From positions 288,001 through 352,000 of the forward strand of contig CAWHHI010000011.1 of NCBI GenBank assembly GCA_963829055.1: DNA of 64,000 bases, written 5' to 3'. Source of the DNA: an uncultured Gemmatimonadaceae bacterium (GTDB lineage Bacteria > Gemmatimonadota > Gemmatimonadetes > Gemmatimonadales > Gemmatimonadaceae). The position numbers and the translations under genes are program-made. The notes under the pieces were generated by a model. That model had not been told where the DNA came from, did no database searches, and was given only the letters and a program-made list of their open reading frames with translations. Of this stretch, positions 1-10,824 are shown piece by piece; positions within the stretch are counted from its first letter, which is position 1; each line of letters starts with the position of its first letter.

Positions 1-251
1 TCGCCCGGACGCGGATGACCACAACACGTGTTCGACCATAGCCCGCCCGAGTGGTACTTCGCGTCCGGCGCGACGCTGCAGCAGCAGCCGCCCATGGTCG
101 TCGAACAGGACGACGGACACCGCTCGGTGCAGTCGGCCCTGCCGATGCACCTCGAGCTTCGGCGCGACCCCGACCACCGCATCGCCCGGCGTCGACGAGG
201 ACGACATCGTCATCCGCAGTCGAACTCGCCGAATCTCGCGCGGTCCGTCAT
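1..251 (-). CDS. idi: isopentenyl-diphosphate delta-isomerase type I (5' part, runs off window; frameshifted)
   Basis: Manual minus-strand reading gives ...KLEVHRQGRLHRAVSVVLFD..GRLLLQRR..KYHSGGLWSNTCCGHPRPG, the IDI-1 motif; the ATG overlaps the crtB-frame stop. Confidence 0.85.
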
Positions 252-1165
252 GCAGTACTCCATTCACGCGGCGGATGGACGCGCGACCGCGCGAGCGATC
301 CAGAGCAACGCACTCGCGGCCAGCGCGACCTTTCGTGGGGGCGTCGTGTAGGCGCGAATCCGCAGCGTTGTCGTAACCGTTCCGGCGAATCGCCCCGTGA
401 ATCGCCCCGATACACGGCGCTCGCGACGGCGGCCGCGCGCCCGAAGTGTCGCGGCAACCGACGGAATGCTTCATCGGCCAGCCGGTAGTCCGCGTCGGCG
501 ACGTCCATCAACTGGTCCATGAGCTCCCGATACTCGGTCGTGATACGCGACCCGCGCCGCATGCCGTCGATGTCCGACTCGCTGACGCCAAATCGCCGCA
601 GCTCGGTCTCGGGCAGATACATCCGGCCACGCTCGATATCCTCGCCGACGTCGCGAAGAATGTTCGTCAGCTGCATGGCCTGACCAAGCGCCGTCGCCCG
701 ATCGAGCATCCACGAGTCACGCTCGCCGTGCAGCTCTGTCAGCCATCGACCGACGACACCCGCCGCGCGATACGTGTAGACGCGCAGCGCCTCGAGGTCG
801 GCGTACGGAGTGAAGTTCAGGTCGCTGCGCATCGCGCGCACGAGATCGTGCGGGTACGCGAACGGGATATCGCGCTCGGCCATTTCGCCCATGACGCGGT
901 TCACGAGCTCGATGCCGCAGTCCCGGCCGTCGTACGCATCCCAGGAGCAGTCGCAGCCAGCTCGTCGAGTCGTCGCTCGGCCAGCTGGGCGCTGTCGTCG
1001 CCGTCGACGAGGTTGTCGGTGTAACGACACCACGCGTAAACACGGGCGATCCGATCGCGATCCGGTTCTCGCCATCATCGCGGCGGCGAACCGAAACGAG
1101 CGCGAGTGCGACGCGAGGTATGCGGCCGGATTGGACAGCCCGTCGAGACCGGACGCAGCGGTCAC
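248..1165 (-). CDS. crtB: phytoene synthase (frameshifted)
   Basis: HSRSFRFAA, YTYRAAGVVG, LGQAMQLTNILRDVGEDIERGRMYLP; VYAWCRYTDNLVD lies in an alternative frame. Confidence 0.9.
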   Translation of the reverse strand: MTAASGLDGLSNPAAYLASHSRSFRFAAAMMARTGSRSDRPCLRVVSLHRQPRRRRRQRPAGRATTRRAGCDCSWDAYDGRDCGIELVNRVMGEMAERDIPFAYPHDLVRAMRSDLNFTPYADLEALRVYTYRAAGVVGRWLTELHGERDSWMLDRATALGQAMQLTNILRDVGEDIERGRMYLPETELRRFGVSESDIDGMRRGSRITTEYRELMDQLMDVADADYRLADEAFRRLPRHFGRAAAVASAVYRGDSRGDSPERLRQRCGFAPTRRPHERSRWPRVRCSGSLARSRVHPPREWSTA

Positions 1166-2115
1166 GACGCGCGTGATCCGGCCCGCACGACCTCGGCGCG
1201 GCTCCTCCGCTCCGGCACGGCACGATCCGGTCGCGATCGCGGCGGAGTCCGAGATTGCTCGACGCGGGATTCATGCGCGCACCTCGCCTGCTCCAGCCGG
1301 CGCGCCCGGCGCGCGCGATGAGCCATGCCGCGCCTAACGCGACGGCCGTGGCCGCGACGGCGCCCGCTCATGCCGGCGGCGATGGCCATGCCGACCGGGA
1401 GCAGCAGGTTCGCGCCGTAGTAGCCGATCAGCCAGGGCGCGGACAGCTCGCCGATCCACGAGTCCACGCGCAGTGCTCGCGAAGACGACCATCAGCGCCA
1501 CACCGGTGACGAACCAGCCGAACAGATTCAGCAGCGGCATGCCGTAGTACGGCCCGTTCGTGCCCCAGACCCAGTACTTCGTGGCGAGGCTCATCGCCGG
1601 ATCGAGCGCGAGGTCCCAGCTCAGCAGAATGAACGAGCCGAGCACCACTCGGCGCGACGACGCTCGCCGCGCCGCGGAAAGCGCCAGAACGCGATCGCGT
1701 ACGACGGCAGCGCCATCATGAACCAGGACGCCGGAATGAGCACCGGCACGTGCTCGAGCCACTTCCATCCCAGCCCGTCGGTGTAGTGGTACGGTCCGAA
1801 CGGGAGGCCAGCCATCGTGCCGGCCAGCTCGGCGCTCAGTGAAACGAGATAGACGACGGCGAACGCGCCCAGCCAGCGCCAGCCGACGTGGCGCGTGAGA
1901 AACAAGGCCAACGCCGCAAACGCGATGATGATCTGCGCGCGCGGCGCGATCACCATCATGCGGGCGTACGTCGCCGGCGGCACGTTCGCCTTCGCGAGCA
2001 GCTCCGGATGCATGGCGAAGGTGGCGAAGCCCGCCAGCGCAGCCACCGAAATGAGGTACGCGACGGCCAGGGCGATGACATCCACTCGCCCACCCGAACG
2101 CGTGATGATCACCAC
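1162..2115 (-). CDS. cruF: CruF-type carotenoid 1,2-hydratase / carotenoid biosynthesis membrane protein (frameshifted across 3 ORFs)
   Basis: ELAGTMAGLPFGPYHYTDGLGWK..VPVLIPASWF; WDLALDPAM..YWVW..YYGMPLLNLFGWF; adjacent to crtB. Confidence 0.75.
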
Positions 2116-2208
2116 GGAGACGACTGGCGGACGGTACCGGCAGCTCTCATTGCGGGGCCTTCGGCAAGACTATGCGGCGTGGCCATCGGCCTCAATCGTC
2201 GGGAAACG

Positions 2209-2269
2209 TGTCTAGCTAAACAGCAAATTTACCTAGACACAATATTGACAGAAGTTACTCGTATGTCCA
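2209..2269. promoter_or_regulatory. AT-rich crt promoter with putative CarH/LitR operator
   Basis: TAGACA (2234) and TTGACA (2245) spaced 11 bp; TGTCTA (2209) and TGTCCA (2264) 55 bp apart; lies between carH and the cruF-crtB-idi operon. Confidence 0.5.
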
Positions 2270-2368
2270 GCTTCTTAGAGCAATGAACTGGCCAACGGAC
2301 GTCCTTCAGTTCCCGATTTTCCGACCGACCGCGCCACCAGGCCCGCTCGCCCCGACCGTCGCGCCTGC

Positions 2369-3314
2369 TCAATCGGCCGCCATTGTCGATCTCGCCTCGC
2401 GCCGGTCGCGAAGCAGCACTCGCATCGTGTCGAGGTCGCGCACGACGCGGAGGTCGATGTCGGCCAACGCGCGCTCGAGCCGGATCGCCGCCATTCCGCC
2501 GACGAGCAAGAGGACCCCTGGCGGCAGCGTGCTGGCAATCGTTCGGAGATCGCGCACGGTGCTCTCGCTCTCCGAATACACGATGCTCAGTGCGACCGCC
2601 GATGCCCCCACCTGCGACGCCGCGCCACGATATCGACCGCCGGCAGGTTCGGGCCGAGGTACAGGACGTTCCATCCCTCACTGGCCGCTGCGGCAGCCAC
2701 CAACATCGCTCCGAGCTCGTGCAGCTCGCTCGAGGGCGTCGCGACGACAAGCCGCGGCGCATCGCGGCGGCACGTCGTACGCCTCGGCGATCCATCCCAG
2801 CACTCGCCGAACGGTGTCGGATGCCGAGATGCTCGTGCGCCGGCGTGAACGACCCACGATGCCAGCGATCTCCGACGTCTCGGAGAAATCGCGGCACCGC
2901 CTCATCGACGAACCGCTCCGTGCCGGCAGCGAGCGCACCCCGCTTCAACACACCCTCCAGCACCGCGGGATCGAGATGCTCCGTCGCCAGCATCGCATCA
3001 CGCACCGCGATGTCGACGGCCGACAGAGCTCGAGCGCCGCGGGGCCGCGAGTCGCTCTCGAGCAGCGCATCGAGCGCCGCGCGGTCGAGCCGCGCGATCT
3101 CGCTGATGCTGTGACCGGCCGCCGTCGCTCGCTGGAGCATCACCAGCCGCTCCACGTCGGCGTCGGAGTACAGCCGCTGGCCGCCCTCCGACCGTTCCGG
3201 ATGCACTGCGCCGTACCGGCGCTCCCAGGCGCGGAGCACGTCGGCACTGAGCCCAGTCCGCCGAATCACGGCACGAAGCGGGTATCGAGCGAGGTCGTCA
3301 GGTTGGTCGGCCAT
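2369..3314 (-). CDS. carH: CarH/LitR-type MerR HTH plus cobalamin-binding photoreceptor regulator (frameshifted)
   Basis: MerR HTH (RTGLSADVLRAWERRYG..RSEGGQRLYS), VGDRWHRG..AHEHL, then ELHELGA and LGPNLP B12-binding elements in shifted frames; directly upstream of crt genes. Confidence 0.85.
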
Positions 3315-3377
3315 CACAACGACGGTACCATTCTGTCTATCTATGGTCAACCTTTTTCAGCAAATAGTCTCGACACC

Positions 3378-3923
3378 ATGCCAGAGACCATGACGAAGCC
3401 AGACGTGACATTCGACCGCGTAGACGGCACGACCTGGACGCTACGGGCGAGCCAGACACTTCCCCGTTCTCGTGACATCGTATTCCCGTTCTTTGCGGAT
3501 GCGGCGAACCTCGAGCGCATCACCCCGGCCGAGATGGGGTTCGAAATCCTCACGCCCACCCCGATCGACATGAGGGCCGGCAGGCTCATTGACTATCACA
3601 TCAGGCTCTACGGCCTGCGCCTTCGCTGGCGCACCCTGATTTCGGTGTGGAAACCGCCGTTCGAATTCATCGACGTGCAGGTCCATGGACCGTACGCCGA
3701 ATGGGTCCATCGCCATCGGTTTACACCGACCGCGAATGGCGGAACGCTGGTCGACGATGAAGTCCGTTTTCGCCTGCCGCTCGGACGACTCGGCACCATT
3801 GCCGTGCCGCTCGTGAAACGCCAACTGCGGCGCATCTTCACCTACCGGTACGAAGCCATCGCCAGCGCCTTCGTGACGCCCCAACCCCGCTCAACTCCCT
3901 CCCGACATCGGTCCGCGGGTTGA
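3378..3923 (+). CDS. SRPBCC/START-superfamily protein
   Basis: VFPFFADAANLERITP..F.D.QV.GPY..W.H.H.F..GGTLV.DEV.FRLP.G; divergent from carH. Confidence 0.8.
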   Translation: MPETMTKPDVTFDRVDGTTWTLRASQTLPRSRDIVFPFFADAANLERITPAEMGFEILTPTPIDMRAGRLIDYHIRLYGLRLRWRTLISVWKPPFEFIDVQVHGPYAEWVHRHRFTPTANGGTLVDDEVRFRLPLGRLGTIAVPLVKRQLRRIFTYRYEAIASAFVTPQPRSTPSRHRSAG

Positions 3924-4546
3924 GGCGTCCGCGGCCAACTCGTTGAACAGCATCGCGTGCATCTCGAAGCCGTGACGCGCCTCGGCCACCATCCCCGTAA
4001 CCGCATCGTTGGACAGCGGGAGTGTATCCATTCCGTCTCGGACCGCGGTCTTGAATGCGTCGAGGTCACCGAGCTCGGGAAGGGAGTAGACTCGACGGCC
4101 TTGTCGAATTGCGGCAATGCGCGACGCACGATGCGCGCGATGTGCTGACCCGCCCGACAGTCGCCGAGGTAGCGCACGTAGGCGTGAGCCAGGAGCAGCT
4201 GTGGATCGCGGTCCGACAGCTCGACGAGACGTGCGACGTAGCGTCGAGTCGTCGGCGTGACGTTCATCATCGGCCCACTGCGATCCGCCGATCGCATCGA
4301 GATCTCGATGTAGCGACGACATGCGCCGAAGACCGGGATGTGCGAAGGGAGCCAGCACGGGATCGGTCGCATGGGCAGTCATTCCGCTTTCGAGCGCGGC
4401 ATAGATCTCGTAGAGATTACGAAGCAGCCAGGCGTACTCGCTCGCGGGGAGTGTCCCGCGAAGAAGCGGCGCATGACACCACTTCGCTCGGCGATCGTAT
4501 GCAGGTCCTGTGTTTCCGCGCGGAGGCGTAGCGACAGCGTCGACAT
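3891..4546 (-). CDS. biliverdin-producing heme oxygenase (frameshifted)
   Basis: LRAETQDLHTIAERS, LLAHAYVRYLGD(L)SGGQ, EARHGFEMHAMLF motifs spread over 3 frames. Confidence 0.85.
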
Positions 4547-4702
4547 CAGCGCCGCCGGAGTTCGACCGCCGCGGGACTGTACGGATTGTTCATCCGGCGA
4601 AGATGCGCGGCGTCGCGCGGAGACGCCATCGTGCCTCCGGCAATTGAGACGACGCGCGCCATCCGACACGTCGACGCCGTTGGCGCACCGACGCGGATCG
4701 CT

Positions 4703-6165
4703 TCACACGTGCCCCACGTGCGCGATCACGCGCTGTGCGGCCATGCGTGCGCCGGTGATGCAGTCGCCGACGGAGACGCCGGTCCGCCAGCCACCGGCGA
4801 GCGTCAATCCAACGTCATTCGTCTCCATCGCGCGCGCGGCACACACCACAGCCTCGTGTCCCGCGTCGTACTGCGGGATCGCCCGCGGCCACGCCGTCAG
4901 GGTGACAAATGACGGGGCTGCGGTTGCTCCGAGCAGCGCGCGAAGGTCACTCAACAGCGGCGGCATCAGCGCATCGAGCGGCAACGCGGTGCGCCATCGC
5001 GCCTGCGTCCCGCCGACGAAACAGGTCAGGAGCGCCATACCGTCAGGACATCGGCCCGCGAACATCAATGACGTGAATAATCCGCCAAGCAACGTGCGCC
5101 GGCTGTGATCGGCGACGAGAAACCCGAAGCCGTCCAGGGGATGGGCAATGCCATCGCGCCTAACGCCAATCGATACCGTGGCGATTGGGGCGTGGTCCAC
5201 AGCGGAAATGACGGAGATCGACTCGCGACAGGATGCCGGCAGTTGCAGATCGCGCAGGCGATGCGCGGGCACGGCAATGACCGCATGAGCGACGGTCACG
5301 CTCTGGCTCCGGCCTGCCCGCTCTACATCGACGCGCCACGAGCCTGTCGCCGTGGGTGCCAGTCGGCGCACAGTCACACCGCACGTCAGGCGATCGCCGA
5401 GGGCCGACGCGAGCGCGTTTGGCAACGCCCCCATCCCGGCCCGGAACGATAGCGACGTGCCTAACGACTATCCGTCCCGCTCGCCGCATCCGACGTCGAG
5501 CACGCGCAGCTCGTACCGCTCCGATCAGCACGGACCCGTGCCTGCGCTCCAGGTCCACGAGCCTGGGCATGGCGTGGCGCGCGGAGAGCGCGTCGGCATC
5601 GCCGGCATACACTCCGCTCACGAATGGCGCGACGAGACCATCCAGAACCTCGCTCCCCAGGCGACGGCGGACGAACGCGCCCAGACTCTCGTCACCGGCG
5701 GCGTCATCCGCGCGGCGGCCGACAAACGGCTCTCGAAGCAGCCGCCACTTGGCGCGCGTCGATAGCAACGGCGTGCGCGCCAGCTCGAGTGGAGAGCTGG
5801 GAACAGGCAACAGTGCATCGCCACGCGCGACATAGCGTCGCCGCGCTCCCGGCGCTGGGGTGACGACCTGCGCCTCGAGCCCGAGGTGCTCGATGAGATC
5901 GCAGACGTCGTCCGTCGCCGCGAGAGAATTCGGTCCGCGTTCTGCCGTCCATGCTCCCAATCGGTCGGTGCCGATGACACCTCCTGGTCGGTCGGCCGCC
6001 TCGAATACCACGACGTCGATCCCACGACGCATCAGCTCCCACGCAACAGTGAGTCCGGTGATGCCACCGCCGATGACGGCCACGCGATGCGCCGCCGCGC
6101 GCGACCTGGCGCTCGGCGGAGTCGCGGACAGGCGGACGGGGCGCACGTTCGCGCTCAGTGAGCAT
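4703..6165 (-). CDS. hemY: protoporphyrinogen oxidase, HemY-type flavoprotein (frameshift near 5450)
   Basis: VAVIGGGITGL, ERGPNS, PFVSGVYAGD, LDGFGFLV, WPRAIPQY, GVSVGDCI. Confidence 0.9.
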
Positions 6166-7172
6166 CGGACACCCAGTCACGCGGAACGAGCATATCGGCG
6201 AGCGCGGACCCGAGAGGCTCCGAACGTGAGGCATCGTGCTCGCCACCACCTAACGCGCCCTGCGCCGGAGACGGCCAGGATGCGAGGGGCGGAAGGCTCA
6301 TCAACACGCTCTCGATGCGCGCCCCGGTCTGCACGCCGAACAACGTGCCGCGGTCGTGGAGCAGGTTGAACTCGACGTACCGTCCGCGCCGCGCCAGTTG
6401 CAGCGCCCGCTCGGCGTCACCGTGCTGGCGGTGGCGGTGCCGCTCGACCAACGGCGCGTACGTAGACTCCGGCGACAGCGCGACATCGCGAAGAAACGCG
6501 AACCGCTCGGCGAGTCCCGCATTCGCGTCGTCATCGTGCAGTCGTAAGTGGTCGAAGAAGATGCCGCCTACGCCGCCGCGCTTCCCCGCCCCGGTGGCGA
6601 TTCACGAAGTACTCATCGCACCAGGGTTTGAAGCGCGGGTACAGTGACGGATGGTGGCTGTCGCACACGACGCGCAGCTCGCGATGGAAGTGGCGTGCGT
6701 CGTCCGGTCGCGGGTACATCGGGGTGAGGTCGGTTCCGCCACCGAACCACGAGTCGCATATGACGCCATCGCCATCAGTGACCTCGAAGTACCGCACGTT
6801 CAGGTGGAGCGTTGGGATGTGCGGGTTGTGCGGGTGCAGCACCATGCTGACGCCGGCGGCGAAGAAGAACGCCTGATCGTTCGGCGCGCCGCGCCCGCCG
6901 AGGCGAGCGGCCGCTTCAGGAGGAAGGACACCTTCGACCACGGATCGATTGATTCCCGCTTTCTCGAACACATTGCCGTCGATGAGCAGCCTGCTCACTC
7001 CGCCGCCACCGCCGGGTCGGTCCCATTGCTCCTCGTGGAACTCGCGCCCGTCGATACCGCTGAACAGAGATGTCAGCGCGTCGTGCACCGAGGTCGCCAG
7101 CTCAACGGCGAGATCCCGACCGGTGGCGGCTCGCGCATCGATGAAGTCGTTAGGTGCCAGCATCGCGGTCAC
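6155..7172 (-). CDS. hemF: oxygen-dependent coproporphyrinogen III oxidase (frameshifted)
   Basis: GGGGVSR..FEKAGIN, HPHNPHIPTLHLNVRYF, WFGGGTDLTP, RRGRYVEFNLLHDRGTLFG. Confidence 0.93.
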
Positions 7173-7184
7173 GTGATGTACCTC

Positions 7185-8288
7185 TTACCCGCGATGGGCC
7201 CAGGCGCGCACCGTGTTCACGAACGCGCGGGCACCTTCCACTGGCGTATCGGGAAGAATGCCGTGCCCGAGGTTCGCGATCACGCCCGCACCATCCATGG
7301 CCGCCAGCATTCGTTCCGTTCGCGACCGCACCTCCGACGGCGGGCCGTATAGACAGCACGGATCCAGATTCCCCTGAATCGCAACGCCGCATCGATTGGC
7401 GACGCGTCGCGCCTCCGCAGCCGGCGTATGCCAGTCGATACCAACGACGTCGGCGCCGGTCGTGATGGCGATTTCCTCGAGCATGGTACCGCAACCGGGT
7501 GCGAACACGATGACAGGCGCGCCAGCCGTTCTCGCGATCGACGCGGCGGTCGCGAGATGCGGCAGCGCGAATTCACGGAAGTCCTCCGGCGAAAGCGCTC
7601 CACCCCAGGACTCGAAGATCTGCACCACCTGCGCGCCAGCGCGTACCTGCGCGGCGAGATGACGACCGACCGCATCCGCGACGGTCTCGAGCAGCCGATG
7701 AGCGACGCGGCGATCGGTCATGAGCAGGCGCTTCGCTGCCGAGAAGGTCTTGGTGCCGCCCCCCTCGATCATGTACGCGGCCAGCGTCCACGGCGCGCCA
7801 GCAAAACCGATCAATGGCACACGGCCCGCGAGGCGCTGACGACAGAGACGCATCGCGTCCATCACATACGCCAGGTCGCGTTCCGGCTCCACGTATCGCA
7901 GCCTGTCGACGTCGGCACCGGACCGCACTGTCGACGCCAGGCGTGGACCAACGTTCTCCTCGACGCTGAGCCCGAGGCCCATCGCGTCGGGAATCACGAG
8001 GATGTCGCTGAACAGGATCGCCGCGTCCACACCGATCAGGTCGACCGGCTGCAGTGTGACCTCGGCGGCGAGCTCCGGGGTGCGCACGAGCCTCACGAAG
8101 TCACCAGCCTGCTCCCGCACGTGACGGTACTCGGCGAGATAGCGGCCGGCTTGCCGCATGATCCAGACGGGAGGCCTGGCGACCGACTCGCGGCGACACG
8201 CCCTGAGCAGCAGGTCGTTGGCGAGTGCCGGCCTGGCGGCGGGAACGGGAGCGTTCACCAGTGGTTCGCCCGCGATCACAGCAGTCAC
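7185..8288 (-). CDS. hemE: uroporphyrinogen decarboxylase
   Basis: PVWIMRQAGRYLAEY, DAAILFSDIL, LIGFAGAPWTLAAY, QGNLDP, NLGHGI. Confidence 0.96.
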   Translation of the reverse strand: MTAVIAGEPLVNAPVPAARPALANDLLLRACRRESVARPPVWIMRQAGRYLAEYRHVREQAGDFVRLVRTPELAAEVTLQPVDLIGVDAAILFSDILVIPDAMGLGLSVEENVGPRLASTVRSGADVDRLRYVEPERDLAYVMDAMRLCRQRLAGRVPLIGFAGAPWTLAAYMIEGGGTKTFSAAKRLLMTDRRVAHRLLETVADAVGRHLAAQVRAGAQVVQIFESWGGALSPEDFREFALPHLATAASIARTAGAPVIVFAPGCGTMLEEIAITTGADVVGIDWHTPAAEARRVANRCGVAIQGNLDPCCLYGPPSEVRSRTERMLAAMDGAGVIANLGHGILPDTPVEGARAFVNTVRAWAHRG

Positions 8289-8289
8289 G

Positions 8290-9583
8290 TCAATCTCCGG
8301 ATGACACGGTGGCACGAGCCGCTTCGGTCGCGAGCGGAGCGAAGAGCCGCGTGAGGGCTGTCGTTAGGTCGTCGACACGCTCGCCGCGCACGATCGCGCC
8401 GCGGAGCTCCGTCATCGGGCGCGCGAGCAATTTGGCGACGACGCGGTCGGCCGCCCGCCGTGCGACGCGCTCGTCGCCCGCGGCGTGCTCGAACTCGCGC
8501 TGGCACAGCGCGCTCAGGGCCTGACGCAGTGGCTGAATCGCTTCACGCGCCGACGCAGCGGCGAGCCAGTCGCGGAATCGTTGCAGCTCCACTTCGACGA
8601 TGCCTTCCGCCGCCGGCACGGCGTGTTGACGCTCGCGCTCGTCGGCGACGAGTACGGGGCGCAGCGCGTCGAGATCGACGACCACGGCACCGGCAACGTT
8701 CGAAACCGCAGGTTCAGCGTTACGAGGAAGCGAAAGGTCAATCACGAGCAGTGGGCACGTCGCTGTTCCACAATTGCGGCGCGCCACTTCGAGGCGATCG
8801 GCTCGCAGAAGTGGTGTAGGCGAGCCGGTGGCGAAGATCGCGATGTCGGCCATGGCGACCTCCACGTGCACGTTCTCGAGCGGGGCGACGCGGCCGCCGA
8901 CCTGTGCCGCGAGGTCGGCGGCACGTGCTTCCGTTCGATTCATGATGATCATGTCCCGCGCGCCGAGCTTGGACACCTGACGCGCAACGCGGGCCGCGGT
9001 CTTGCCGCTGCCCACGACCACGACACGCGCCGGCCCCAGCGATCCGAACCGCCGCGCGGCGAGGCTCGCCGCCTCAGCACCGATGGAGTGCCTGCCGCTC
9101 GACAGCGACGTCTCGGTCCTGACGCGTTTCCCGACGTGCAGCGCGGTTTCGAAAAGCCGGCGTAACGCGGACCCGGGCTCGCCGCACGCCACGGATCGCT
9201 GGTACGCCTCTCTGAGTTGCCCGAGTAGTTGTCCGTCGCCGAGGACCTGCGATTCAATACCGGCGGCGACGCGCAGCAGAATGGCGCGCGGCGTCGTCTC
9301 CGTCGCGACAGCGCGCAACCGCGAGCAGTTGGCGGGCACCTGTGGCCGTGCCCATCCACTGCCGCGCGAGCCGCGTGAATGCAAACTCGCGCCGTGTCGC
9401 CGGAAAGCCGCCGCACCACGCATAGAGCTCGGTGCGGTTGCACGTGGACAGCGCGACGGTTTCATGATCGGGGGCGGTCGCGCCACGCGCGTAAATGGAC
9501 GCGAGACGCTCGGCGCCGATATGGAACGCCTCGCGCGTGGCGACGCCGACGTGCCAGGAGTCGATCGCGAGCGATATCAGCAT
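8290..9583 (-). CDS. hemA: glutamyl-tRNA reductase (frameshifted near 9300-9450)
   Basis: LSTCNRTELY, RVAAGIESQVLGDGQLLGQ, GKRVRTET, VIDLSLPRN. Confidence 0.9.
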
Positions 9584-9599
9584 GTGATCGCGTAGATGG

Positions 9600-10787
9600 T
9601 CATGCGGGGGCGAGGCCGGTGAGGTGCGCGAGATTCTTGAAGAAGATCCGGGCGTGCGCCAGCGGCCGCGCCCGGACCAGTCGTTTCGTCATGTAGGCGT
9701 CGAACGTTAGGCGCTGCACGTCCGTGTCGCGGCAGATCGCGACGAAGCGCTCGCGGCGGGCATCGCTCGAGTACCAGAAGCGCTGCATGACACCGAGCAC
9801 GCGAAACACCTGGCCGTGCGCCCGCATGAAGCGCTTCCTCGCCGTGGCGAGCGCGCGGACGTCCCCCGTCTCGATCGCGAGCGCAACCGCGTCGGCGGCG
9901 AGCCGGCCGCCGGTCATGGCGTAGAAGATCCCTTCACCTGATGCGGGAGCGACCACGCCCGCCGCATCGCCGGCGAGCACGACATCGCGGCCGTTGTCCC
10001 ATCGTCGGAGCGGCGCCAGCGGAATCGGTGCACCTTCGCGGCGAAGCGTCGGCGCGTCCGCGAGCCCGATCGAAGCGCGGAGATCGCGGACCGCGGCCTT
10101 GAGGCCGAAGCCTTGATGGAGACTTCCGGTCCCGACGCTCGCCGTCGGCCCGTGCGGGAAAACCCAGGCGTAGAAATCCGGTGACAGCGCGCCCTGGTAA
10201 TAGACGTCGCACCGGGCCGCCGCGTAGCTGTCGGAGTCGGCGTTAGGTGTGGCAATCACCTCGTGGTATGCGAACACATGGCGCATGTCGGCGGCACCCG
10301 GGATGGATTGCCGCGCCACGGCAGATAGTGCGCCGTCTGCGCCGACCACGACGCGAGCGCGCACGGCGGCTGTTGATCCTGACCGCGATCGCCCTTGCGC
10401 GTAGCGCACGATCGCCACGCCGTCCGTATCGTGGTCGACGTGTTGAAACGTGCCGACGATGCGCGTCGCGCCGGCCGTCGCCGCACGCGCGCGAAGCCAC
10501 TCGTCGAACGCGTCGCGATCGACCATGCCGACAAATCCGTCGCCGACCGGAATATCGACCTGACGCCCCCGCGGCGAAATCATTCGCGCCGACGCGATGC
10601 GCGCAACGAGCAGTGACTCCGGGATCGCGAAGTCGCTGATCAGCTGCGGCGGCACGGCGCCGCCGCACGGCTTGGTGCGACCCGCGCGATCGAGCAGGGC
10701 CACGGAGCAGCCACGCTTCGCCAGCTCGTGGGCGGTTGTCGCACCGGCGGGACCGCCGCCGACCACGACCGCATCGTACGTCTTCAC
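9600..10787 (-). CDS. bchP: geranylgeranyl-bacteriochlorophyll reductase
   Basis: VVGGGPAG, KPCGGA, SPDFYAWVFPHG, GDAAGVVAPASGEGI. Confidence 0.96.
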   Translation of the reverse strand: MKTYDAVVVGGGPAGATTAHELAKRGCSVALLDRAGRTKPCGGAVPPQLISDFAIPESLLVARIASARMISPRGRQVDIPVGDGFVGMVDRDAFDEWLRARAATAGATRIVGTFQHVDHDTDGVAIVRYAQGRSRSGSTAAVRARVVVGADGALSAVARQSIPGAADMRHVFAYHEVIATPNADSDSYAAARCDVYYQGALSPDFYAWVFPHGPTASVGTGSLHQGFGLKAAVRDLRASIGLADAPTLRREGAPIPLAPLRRWDNGRDVVLAGDAAGVVAPASGEGIFYAMTGGRLAADAVALAIETGDVRALATARKRFMRAHGQVFRVLGVMQRFWYSSDARRERFVAICRDTDVQRLTFDAYMTKRLVRARPLAHARIFFKNLAHLTGLAPA

Positions 10788-10824
10788 CGCACCTCCCGCG
10801 CCGCGAGTGGCGCTGTCGTTAGGC

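Noticed and set aside
28..488. Plus-strand ORFs at the window start
   Set aside because: Shadows of the minus-strand idi and crtB
2283..3377. N-terminal 365 aa of the 546-aa ORF as a fusion to the SRPBCC domain
   Set aside because: Antisense to carH, Arg/Ser-rich and motif-free; the real start is near 3378
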